DNA of 32,000 nt from Promethearchaeota archaeon (GTDB lineage Archaea > Asgardarchaeota > Lokiarchaeia > Sigyniarchaeales > Promethearchaeaceae), in contig JAFGBS010000019.1 in the NCBI GenBank assembly GCA_016933055.1, positions 90,001-122,000 of the forward strand. Reading direction: 5' to 3'. The number at the start of each line of letters is the position of its first letter. Position 1 is the first letter of the stretch. The position numbers and the translations under genes were made by a program. Below, piece after piece: positions 9,446-18,052 of the stretch. The notes beneath the pieces were generated by a model. It saw nothing but the letters and a program-made list of their open reading frames with translations. It was not told the DNA's origin and made no database searches.

Positions 9446-10500
9446 GTATACATATTGGTAATAGGAAAATTGCATATGATTCTCCATGTTTTATTATTGC
9501 TGAAGCAGGAGTTAATCATAATGGAGATATAGGGATTGCCAAGAAACTGATAGATGTTGCGGCTCAGGCCAAAGCCGATGCAGTTAAGTTCCAAACGTTT
9601 AAGACTGAAAATCTGATGACAAGGAATCTCGAAAAAGCGGATTATCAGAAAATTGGTGAAGATGATACTGAAACCTTTTTTGACCTTGCTAAGAGATTAG
9701 AATTTTCTTTCGAAGTCTTTTTAGAGTTAAAAAATTATGCAGAATCTAAAAATATAATGTTTCTTTCTACCCCGTTTAGTGCAGAAGCAGCTCTTTTTCT
9801 CAATAAAATTCAAATACTTGCATTTAAAGTGAGTTCTGGCGATATTGATAATTTTCCTTTCTTAGAACACCTAATACAATATGGAAAACCGATTTTATTA
9901 TCAACAGGAACAGCATACTTTCAAGAAGTACAAGAGGTGGCTGAATTTTTTGCTAAACACAATTTTAAAGATTTAGTTTTACTTCAGTGTACAACTTCGT
10001 ACCCAACACCTCTAAAGAATATTCACTTGCGTGTTCTTACTTCATTTCAAAAAAATTTCCCTAATTACGTAATTGGATTTTCGGATCATTCACAAAGCAC
10101 AACATTAGGAAGTGCAGCAAGAGCTATGGGAGCATTAGTAATAGAAAAACACTTCACTTTAGATAAAAGATTGGAAGGACCAGATCATCAAGCTTCCTTA
10201 AACCCGCATGAATTACAACAATATATCCAAAATATTCGAGATATAGAGATTGCATTAGGAAATCCTACTAAAATGATTCAGGATGTTGAATCCCAGAATA
10301 AAATTACAACAAGAAAAAGCATTGTCTCTAAATGTGATTTGAAAAAAGGAAACCGTATAGATGCTAATTGTATTACAATAAAACGTCCTGGAAACGGAAT
10401 CCGTCCAAAATTCTTCAAAACTCTTATTGGTAAAAAAATAAACAAAGACATTAAAAAAGATGAGGTTCTTCATATGAAGGACATCGAATGGGGGAATTAG
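9442..10500 (+). CDS. neuB: Nonulosonic acid synthase, NeuB/LegI family with C-terminal SAF domain
   Basis: IIAEAGVNHNGD, VKFQ, STPF, CTTSYPT, GFSDHS, IEKHFTLD, GPDHQASL, KRPGNGI; TTG start overlapping the upstream TGA. Confidence 0.95.
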   Translation: MSIHIGNRKIAYDSPCFIIAEAGVNHNGDIGIAKKLIDVAAQAKADAVKFQTFKTENLMTRNLEKADYQKIGEDDTETFFDLAKRLEFSFEVFLELKNYAESKNIMFLSTPFSAEAALFLNKIQILAFKVSSGDIDNFPFLEHLIQYGKPILLSTGTAYFQEVQEVAEFFAKHNFKDLVLLQCTTSYPTPLKNIHLRVLTSFQKNFPNYVIGFSDHSQSTTLGSAARAMGALVIEKHFTLDKRLEGPDHQASLNPHELQQYIQNIRDIEIALGNPTKMIQDVESQNKITTRKSIVSKCDLKKGNRIDANCITIKRPGNGIRPKFFKTLIGKKINKDIKKDEVLHMKDIEWGN

Positions 10501-11172
10501 ATGAAAAAACTTGTAATAATTGGAGCTGGAGGTTTCGGTAAACAGACTTCTGAAATAGTTAATAGGTTGATTTCTCAAGGAGAACAAATACAGTTAAAAG
10601 GATTTTTGGATAGTAATAAATCTCTGCACAATCAAAAAATTAACGATATTCGAGTATTGGGAGACATTGATTGGATAAACTCTGAAGATCCTAACGAAAA
10701 AAATTATTTTGTTTGTTCTATTGCTGATCCTGCAACCCGAGAGAAAGTAGTAATAGAAGCGCGTAAATTGAAGTACATTCCCTATACTTTGGTCGATCCA
10801 TCAGTGATACAAGGTTATGGTGTTAAAATTGGGGAAGGAAGTATTATATGCCCCGGTGTGATCCTAACGAGTAATATTAGTATCAATTCATATGTTATAA
10901 TTAATCGATTATGTTCAATTGGTCATGATGTTAACATCTCTGATTTTTGCACAATTAATCCGTTAACTGCAATAGGAGGATATGTGCATCTTAAAAAAAG
11001 TGTTTTAATTGGTGCACATTCTTCAATTCTTCAAAAATTATCTGTTGGTAAAAACTCTGTTATTGGAGCAGGTGCAAGTGTTATTTCTGATGTTCCTGAG
11101 TCCGTTTTAGTTGTTGGTGTCCCTGGAAAAATCAAAAAAGAAATCTTCAAAAAACAATTATTTAGTAGGTAA
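10501..11172 (+). CDS. neuD: NeuD/PglD-family sugar acetyltransferase
   Basis: IIGAGGFG, GFLD, SIADP..R, hexapeptide repeats, IGHD (catalytic His), GAGASV, VGVPGK. Confidence 0.85.
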   Translation: MKKLVIIGAGGFGKQTSEIVNRLISQGEQIQLKGFLDSNKSLHNQKINDIRVLGDIDWINSEDPNEKNYFVCSIADPATREKVVIEARKLKYIPYTLVDPSVIQGYGVKIGEGSIICPGVILTSNISINSYVIINRLCSIGHDVNISDFCTINPLTAIGGYVHLKKSVLIGAHSSILQKLSVGKNSVIGAGASVISDVPESVLVVGVPGKIKKEIFKKQLFSR

Positions 11173-12310
11173 TCATTTTCTTTATCCACTTTCCTGAAAA
11201 ATTAGTTTCAGATAGTATTTTTAATATAGAATCGACGGTTTTTCCCTCTCCGTAAGGATTGACCGTATTTTTCACACGTTTTTTAAACTCTTGATTATCT
11301 AAAGCAATTTTAATAGCATCAATTATTTTTTGCTTATTATGGGGAACATCAATCACATTATCCCCCCGTTCTCGACTCATCTGGCGTATTCCTATATTTA
11401 CAACGGGAGTGTGAAAACTTCCAGATTCTGTCATACCACTACTAGAATTACCTACTAAAACACTCGCATATTTCAATAAGGTGAGATATTCATGACGAGG
11501 TAAACTTGGATAAGCTTGAAAATAGGAGTAAGTTTGATATTTCTTTATTTGTGATATCATGTTCCTCCCCCCCAAATCAGAATTTGGATAGATTGCAATT
11601 GTTTGTATCTTTAATGTCTTAATTGCTTCTAGAGTTTCTATAATTTGTTGCTCAGATTTATCAGATTCAGTAGAAACTGGGTGTTGAACTAGTAAGATAA
11701 ATGGTCTTTCTGATTGGAGATCGTATTTTTCCTCAATATACCTTTTAGAGGGAAATCGCATTTGCATAATTTCATCAATTCCTATCAAACCAACAGGAAA
11801 AATTCTCCATTCATCTTCTCCTAATTTTCTTAATCGTTCAGCACTCTTTAGTGTAGAAGGAAAATGGATGTGAGAAAATTTAGTTATAGCGTGTCGTGCT
11901 GATTCATCTAATCCTCCCCAAGATATATCCCCTCCACTTAAATGCGCTACAGGAATGTTTAGATACGCACCTGCAATTGCTGCACCTAAAGTTTCTGTTC
12001 GGTCTCCTAAAACAAGTAAAATATCGGGTACTGAGCTCAATAAATAATTGGATACCCCTATAATAGTTTTTCCTACTGAAAGAGCCATAGAATTTGGAGT
12101 TTCATGTTCAGTATCAGATGGAATTTCTGCATTAATTTCAAATCCATCTTTTTTTATCTCGTCTATTGTATGACCGAAAATAGATATTAAATGCATTCCA
12201 GTTACAATTAGATCCAATTCAAAATGAGGATTATTAACTATTCCTTTAAGTAAAGGTCGTAGTAATCCGTATTCCGCCCGCGTTCCCGTAACTACACTTA
12301 TTTTCTTCAT
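11162..12310 (-). CDS. neuC: Hydrolysing UDP-sugar 2-epimerase (NeuC/LegG)
   Basis: VTGTRAEYGLL, VTGMHL, LGDRTE, HLSGGD, RHAITKFSH, HPV, YPNSDLG, GNSSSG, NIGIRQ, NPYGEG. Confidence 0.93.
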   Translation of the reverse strand: MKKISVVTGTRAEYGLLRPLLKGIVNNPHFELDLIVTGMHLISIFGHTIDEIKKDGFEINAEIPSDTEHETPNSMALSVGKTIIGVSNYLLSSVPDILLVLGDRTETLGAAIAGAYLNIPVAHLSGGDISWGGLDESARHAITKFSHIHFPSTLKSAERLRKLGEDEWRIFPVGLIGIDEIMQMRFPSKRYIEEKYDLQSERPFILLVQHPVSTESDKSEQQIIETLEAIKTLKIQTIAIYPNSDLGGRNMISQIKKYQTYSYFQAYPSLPRHEYLTLLKYASVLVGNSSSGMTESGSFHTPVVNIGIRQMSRERGDNVIDVPHNKQKIIDAIKIALDNQEFKKRVKNTVNPYGEGKTVDSILKILSETNFSGKWIKKMITY

Positions 12311-12321
12311 GATTATAACCC

Positions 12322-13020
12322 TTATAGTATCTTTAAATTCTTATTTTCTAAGATGAATTCTACTAACTCGAATTCATATTCAGTATCAATATCTATACTA
12401 AACTCACTAGGCATTACATATGGGATGCTTTTCGAGGTGAAAAATGACTTTTTTCTTTGAAGTACATCGGGAGAAGATATATAAATAGACCCATTGGGGC
12501 GATATACTTCAGATAGTTGCTGTCTGGAAGTTTTTTTCATTTCTTCAGAGAATAACGGAACTAATCTGTTTTTCTCGATTATTAATGACCATAAGGGATT
12601 ATGTTCAAAAAGACATACACTTATTACACTTTCAGGGTTCTCGCTTTTAAATAATGAAATACTTTCTAATATAAAATTAGGAGTTCTTAAAGGAGATGTG
12701 GGTTGAAGAAGCACAATTATTTCTGGATCATCATTTTGCTCCTTTAATTTTTTAATGACATCAAGAACAACATTTATCATGGGTGTGTCATCTTGTGCAA
12801 GAGAAGGGGATCGTTTAAAAACTTCTGCCCCATAATTCTTTGCATATTCAGAAATTTCATCATCATCGGTTGATACAATAATTCTTTTAAACACATTTGT
12901 TTTTTCCGCAATTTTAATAGAATATGCGATTAGTGGGTGACCTTTAAGGGACCGTATATTTTTTTTTTTAATCCCTTTAGATCCTCCTCGTGCTGGAATA
13001 ATTGCATAAATTTCCTTCAT
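12322..13020 (-). CDS. neuA: CMP-nonulosonate synthetase (NeuA/LegF cytidylyltransferase)
   Basis: IIPARGGSKGIKKKN, VSTDD, LLQPTSPLR, SRQQL, PNGSIY, IDIDTEYEF. Confidence 0.95.
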   Translation of the reverse strand: MKEIYAIIPARGGSKGIKKKNIRSLKGHPLIAYSIKIAEKTNVFKRIIVSTDDDEISEYAKNYGAEVFKRSPSLAQDDTPMINVVLDVIKKLKEQNDDPEIIVLLQPTSPLRTPNFILESISLFKSENPESVISVCLFEHNPLWSLIIEKNRLVPLFSEEMKKTSRQQLSEVYRPNGSIYISSPDVLQRKKSFFTSKSIPYVMPSEFSIDIDTEYEFELVEFILENKNLKIL

Positions 13021-13180
13021 ATATGTAAATTGGGATATTTACTAATTATGTTTTTATAGTCTCCCTATTTAAAAAAGTAATAGTGTTTTTAAAGAATTTT
13101 ATCAAAAAAGTTCAAAAATAGCAATAGGTTATAGATAAGTAGAGATATTTCTCAAAATTATTAACAATATAGATAATTCA

Positions 13181-14665
13181 ATGAATATTATTAAAGATCT
13201 AATCTGTGAGATAGAAGAAAACATCCCAGTTAATAAATGGGAATTTCTTGGAATAAAGATTTGGCCATTAGTCCGTTTAACGATAAGTACTGATTTGGGA
13301 GGAGAAATTAATACCCAACGAGTACAAGCATCAGGATTTTTAGACCAGATTAAAGAACTTTGTAAGAAAATTTCTTATTCGTTTAAAGTCGTTTTCTCTA
13401 AATTTTTGGATTATAAGATGAACAGAATAGAGAAAAATTCCTCAGTTTTACTTTTAGGTCGTTCTTCATCAAGAAATACTTTATGGAAAGGAAAATGGTT
13501 AGATCCAAATTTGGATAGCATGCGATATTATTTAAAAAAAATGGGAAAAAAATCAATTCATTTGGAGTTTGATTTTTTGGGATTGACAAGAATTCCTAGA
13601 TATTCTCCTTCACTATTCATTCATAATATAATCCAATTCTCTAAAATAAAAGCATATATGCAAAATCTGCTCCATAAAACCCAAAAATTGAATATACCGA
13701 AATATCCTGAATTTATCCAGATTTTGAAATCTCATAATATCAATCTCAGTATTATGGATAAAAATAAGATTAGATATTATGTGTATTTGTTGAGGATTCG
13801 AGCAAATTATTTCAAATGGTTCATTAAGAAACATCATAGTGAATTAGGGATGTGTACAGGTTATTACATACCAGAACATTTAGCGTTTATTCTTGCTTGT
13901 TTTGAAAGCAGCATTCCGTCAGTCGATATTCAACATGGTTTACAAGGAGAATTTCTTTCTGCATATTCTGAATGGAAACATGAATATCGTCAATTATTAC
14001 CTACGAGTTTTTGGGTTTGGACAGAATTTGAAAAAGACTATATTCAAAATTGGGCTCATGAAACCAGCCCATTCCCATATTTGGGAGGGAATTTATGGTT
14101 AGATTTTTGTTCCAATGCAGAAAATGGTGAGATTCGGAAATTTCTAAAAGAAATTCGACATATAAAAACTAATGAATACAATTCCCATATTTTGCTGTCC
14201 CTTCAACCCAACAATACTTTGGATTATTTTTTTAACATAATTAAGCAATCTCCCAAAACTTGGTTTTGGTGGATTCGACTTCATCCCCGTATGTTAGAAC
14301 AAATAGATGAATTAATCCAATTATTAGAACAAAATAATATTTTAAATTATTCCGTAACTGAAGCGAGTCAATTCCCCTTACCATTAATATTAAAAAACGT
14401 CGATGTGCACATCACATATAATTCAACGGTAGTAATCGACGCGGATCAATTCAATCTTAAATCTATCGTGTTAGATGAAAATGGATCGGATTATTTTCCT
14501 CAACAATTTCAAAAAGGAGTAGCATACTATGAAAGAAGTACTCCAGATATTGTAAATCGATTAGATTTTTTATTAAAATCTACTCAGGATGTTAAAATAA
14601 CGTCCACGAAGGATACTGCACCAGTTTCAAGACTTGAAAAGTTTTTTGCTCTACTCAATTTATAG
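13181..14665 (+). CDS. GT-B-fold glycosyltransferase-like protein, candidate nonulosonate transferase
   Basis: DIQHG motif, WWIRLHPR (HP motif), HITYNSTVVIDA; divergent from neuA. Confidence 0.6.
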   Translation: MNIIKDLICEIEENIPVNKWEFLGIKIWPLVRLTISTDLGGEINTQRVQASGFLDQIKELCKKISYSFKVVFSKFLDYKMNRIEKNSSVLLLGRSSSRNTLWKGKWLDPNLDSMRYYLKKMGKKSIHLEFDFLGLTRIPRYSPSLFIHNIIQFSKIKAYMQNLLHKTQKLNIPKYPEFIQILKSHNINLSIMDKNKIRYYVYLLRIRANYFKWFIKKHHSELGMCTGYYIPEHLAFILACFESSIPSVDIQHGLQGEFLSAYSEWKHEYRQLLPTSFWVWTEFEKDYIQNWAHETSPFPYLGGNLWLDFCSNAENGEIRKFLKEIRHIKTNEYNSHILLSLQPNNTLDYFFNIIKQSPKTWFWWIRLHPRMLEQIDELIQLLEQNNILNYSVTEASQFPLPLILKNVDVHITYNSTVVIDADQFNLKSIVLDENGSDYFPQQFQKGVAYYERSTPDIVNRLDFLLKSTQDVKITSTKDTAPVSRLEKFFALLNL

Positions 14666-14808
14666 TATATATAATTGCTGGTAAAGATCTATCAAATTTA
14701 CTTTTTAGTTTATGGATTCATTTTAAGTATGTTTTAAAATTTGTGTTAATAATGAATTTTATACTCTTATCGTAGTGTAAAAAAAACCAACTGAGGGTTT
14801 TCCTAAGT

Positions 14809-15735
14809 ATGATTGAAAAAATTAAATCTATTCCAAAGTTAATAAAAAACCGCCAGTTATTGATACAAATAAAAAAAAGATTCTATATTGATCTGAATTC
14901 AAATATTAAAAATACAATTTTCATTTCTGGAACAGGAAGAAGTGGAACAACTTGGTTATCTCAAATAATTAACTACAAGAATGACTTTCGTTACATTTTC
15001 GAGCCGTTCTATCCCGGGAAAGTCGATTTTTGCTATTTTTTTGGTTGGAAACAATATTTACGCTTGAATGAAGAATATCCCCTATTTTATGATGCAGTAA
15101 AAACAATTTTGAGCGGAAAGGCACGAGTACATTTCATTAACAGACATAATCGGAAATTAGTTAACAATAAACGATTGATTAAAGACGTTAAAACAAATTT
15201 ATTTATGGGATGGATGGCTCAAAGATTTACTGATCTAAAATCGATATTGATAGTTCGGCATCCTGGAGCAGTGATAAATTCTTATCTGAAACTTGGATTA
15301 GACCCTAATATAAAATGGTATTCTAATCAGCATGAGTTGATGGAGGATTATCTAAATGATTTCTCGCAAGAATTACATAGTGCAGTAACTCGATTTGATA
15401 GGATATTGTTGATGTGGTGTATTGAAAATTACGTTCCCCTACAACAAATGCGTGAATGTCCATTGAATATCAAATTGGTGTTATATGAGGATTTCTGTAA
15501 TAAATTTGAACCTACAGTAAAATCTGTATTTCAATATTTGAATATACCATATAGGGATGAAGTATTAGCAACAAAAAAAGAAGCTTCCTTAACTACTCGG
15601 CCTTTTGCAGCAGTATTGAACGATTTAGATTTAACATCTGCTTGGAAAGCGAATATTGATGAAGATAAAATAAAGAAAATCAAGAAAATGACCCAATTAT
15701 TTAAGTTGGATTATTTATATGAAGATTTACGATAA
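14809..15735 (+). CDS. PAPS-dependent sulfotransferase, soluble
   Basis: ISGTGRSGTTWL 5'-phosphosulfate loop, FEPF, IVRHPGAVINS 3'-phosphate motif, LYEDF; no TM segment. Confidence 0.88.
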   Translation: MIEKIKSIPKLIKNRQLLIQIKKRFYIDLNSNIKNTIFISGTGRSGTTWLSQIINYKNDFRYIFEPFYPGKVDFCYFFGWKQYLRLNEEYPLFYDAVKTILSGKARVHFINRHNRKLVNNKRLIKDVKTNLFMGWMAQRFTDLKSILIVRHPGAVINSYLKLGLDPNIKWYSNQHELMEDYLNDFSQELHSAVTRFDRILLMWCIENYVPLQQMRECPLNIKLVLYEDFCNKFEPTVKSVFQYLNIPYRDEVLATKKEASLTTRPFAAVLNDLDLTSAWKANIDEDKIKKIKKMTQLFKLDYLYEDLR

Positions 15736-15981
15736 ATTACGTAAAAACCACATCTTTTTTATAATTTAGTATTATTTCTTTATTTACTAATCGATATCAT
15801 AATAAAGAATTTTTTCACTAAGAGGATCAATTAATTGAATTAAAATAGATAGCTCAGTAAATTCATTTTTTATCCCATATTGAGGAAAGCTAACCTAGTA
15901 TATAGCATTATTAGAGCCAAATTAATATGTGGTGTATTTTTCTGAAACATATTTAAATTTATAATTTTGAGGTATGATTAG

Positions 15982-17100
15982 ATGCGATATTGTAAAAGAT
16001 GTGTAATGCCAGATACACGCCCCGGTATAAAATTTGATGAAAACGGAGTATGTTATCCTTGTCTCCGTGAGGAAAAGAAAGATCATATAGATTGGAATGC
16101 ACGTTATCGGGAATTAGAAAAATTGTGCAATAAATATCGAAAAAATTCCGATGAGTATGACTGTATTATTGCAGTAAGTGGAGGAAAAGATTCGCATTTT
16201 CAAGTTCATATAATTAAAAACATTATGCAAATGAATCCCTTGTTGGTTTCAGTAACAGATAATTTTCCAATGACCAAAGCAGGACAATCTAATTTTGATA
16301 ATATTTCAGAAGCATTCGGATGCGATATAATAGTAATGAAACCTAATATAAACCTCCAAAAGAATTTAATGAGAAAAACCTTTGAAAACTATGGGAAGCC
16401 AACTTGGCATATTGATCGTTTAATCTATACTTATCCACTCCATATGGCAATTAAATTTAATATACCTCTTGTTGTTTTCGGGGAGAATATTTCTCTTGAA
16501 TACGGGGGTCCTGGTGCAAATGATACATATTCTGCTATTGATCAGATCGAAAATGGTGTAGCATCTGACATTTCTTGGGAAGAATTAATCGATGAAAATA
16601 TTTCCATGAAAGATTTAGTTATGCTTAAAGCACCAACGAAAGAAGAAATGGATTCAGTTCATTTAGATCCGATTTATTTAAGCTATTTCATGAGATGGAA
16701 TGATTACCGGAGTTACAATATCGCAAAAAGATACGGATTCAAAGACCTAGCTAACGAATGGGAAAGAGAGCACCATATTGAAAATTTTTACCAAGTGGAC
16801 AATATGGCATATTTAATTCATCCGTGGATGAAATACCCGAAATTCGGTCACGCGACTGCTACTGATGCAGCCTGTAGATTTATAAAAATCGGTAAATTAA
16901 CCCGTGAGCAAGGAATTGAATTGGTGAAAAAACATGATCATAAGTTGGATCAAAGAGCTGTCCAAGAGTTCTGTGATTTCTTGGGATATACTAGAGCGGA
17001 ATTCTATGCAATTGTTGATAAATTCTATAATCCAGATTTATTCACAAAAGATCCTAAGACTGATGAATGGATTCTCAAAGATCCAATTTGGAGCCACTGA
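15982..17100 (+). CDS. N-acetyl-sugar amidotransferase (WbpG/WbuX/PseA family, PP-loop ATPase)
   Basis: N-terminal CKRCVMPDTRP..CYPC, YDCIIAVSGGKDSH PP-loop, GEN, KYPKFG, LTREQG. Confidence 0.88.
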   Translation: MRYCKRCVMPDTRPGIKFDENGVCYPCLREEKKDHIDWNARYRELEKLCNKYRKNSDEYDCIIAVSGGKDSHFQVHIIKNIMQMNPLLVSVTDNFPMTKAGQSNFDNISEAFGCDIIVMKPNINLQKNLMRKTFENYGKPTWHIDRLIYTYPLHMAIKFNIPLVVFGENISLEYGGPGANDTYSAIDQIENGVASDISWEELIDENISMKDLVMLKAPTKEEMDSVHLDPIYLSYFMRWNDYRSYNIAKRYGFKDLANEWEREHHIENFYQVDNMAYLIHPWMKYPKFGHATATDAACRFIKIGKLTREQGIELVKKHDHKLDQRAVQEFCDFLGYTRAEFYAIVDKFYNPDLFTKDPKTDEWILKDPIWSH

Positions 17101-17252
17101 AAACTTCATCTCTTATTTCTTTTAGTTAAATAATTCCACTTTTTTTAATGTTTGATCTCTTTTTCCTAAGTATAATCAAACTAGATATATGATTTTGGAT
17201 GATACAAAGATCAAATTTGGTCAAAATCTAATTCAAAAAACTTCCATTTAAA

Positions 17253-17598
17253 TAATCAACATCTATTCCGTGATACCCAATCTATCCCATAAGATAAGTG
17301 AGCAGAGGGTATATAGTAAGAAGTGCCATCCCTTTGGTGTACCATCAAACGCTTTGCATCTATGCCTCATGCTACGCATTCGGCTTTGGGTGTAGCCTAC
17401 CACCCTCATGATAAACGGGTGGGTAGTATTTCGACTCCCTACCCGCACCAAGGACTTAAGTATTCTACATCTGATCGGGTATGAAATTGGCAGAAGATGG
17501 TTATTTGGTTAAGATTTTTCAATTTCACGCTGTTTTACGATATTTTTACGTTAAAAAATTGATATTTACGATCTATTCAACAGAATAGATGTTGACTA
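17253..17598. mobile_element. Non-coding TIR element, copy 1 (MITE-like, 346 bp including both TA)
   Basis: Starts TA-ATCAACATCTATTC and ends GAATAGATGTTGAC-TA (15/16 inverted match); no credible ORF. Confidence 0.6.
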
Positions 17599-18024
17599 AT
17601 CAATATCTATTCCATGATACCAAAAAATATTGCTTCGATTGAATACACGATATATAGTAAGAAGTGCCGTCAATTCCCTACGGGAGTGTAACTTCATCAT
17701 ATATGTGCTCCCTAACTCCTACGGATGTGCATTGGATCTTCCATTTGGACCACGTTCCCGCACCAAGGACATCTGTTTATTATATCTGATCGGGTATTTA
17801 AGCGACATGGGGGTTGTTACCTTTTTGTAGCCTTTTGTTACGCCTATCCATCGGTGGTCTATCAACCACCTCGGATAGACAAGCCTATTGTTTGTGAAGT
17901 GAGATTGCAATTGAGTTTGGATGGATCGTAAATTTTCAATTTTATAGGCTTGACGTTGTTTTACGATAGTTTTACGTTAAAGAATTGACATGTACGATCT
18001 ATTCAACAGAATAGATATCGACTA
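17597..18024. mobile_element. Non-coding TIR element, copy 2 (MITE-like, 428 bp), sharing the central TA with copy 1
   Basis: Starts TA-ATCAATATCTATTC and ends GAATAGATATCGAC-TA. Shares five ordered blocks with copy 1: 23/25, 18/18, 14/14, 14/14 and 65/72 identical. Confidence 0.6.
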
Positions 18025-18052
18025 GAAAAAAGAGGAAAAAAGGAAAAAAAAT
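18025..18052 (-). terminator. Pyrimidine/T-rich terminator candidate of sat-cysC
   Basis: Plus strand GAAAAAAGAGGAAAAAAGGAAAAAAAAT gives T tracts on the minus strand right after the stop at 18053. Confidence 0.45.

Noticed and set aside
17583-17612. Integron attC site
   Set aside because: GTTGACT does not fit GTTRRRY, the outer ends are half-sites only, and there is no integrase or cassette ORF.
17310-17800. Group II intron, hammerhead, C/D-box sRNA, SECIS or IscB/TnpB omega-RNA identity for the elements
   Set aside because: Only fragments match (GTGCC, CTGA, GTCAA/GTTGAC). There is no domain V, no CUGANGA core, no paired C box, no Sec codon upstream and no nuclease gene. An Rfam search would be needed to reopen this.
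17263-17931. Four short ORFs (62-68 aa) on both strands as proteins
   Set aside because: They overlap in conflicting frames, cross the repeat blocks without a shared reading frame and have no recognisable motifs; they are expected in a GC-richer patch.
17253-18024. CRISPR array
   Set aside because: Only two units, several different conserved blocks per unit, variable segments from 13 to 155 nt and no cas genes.
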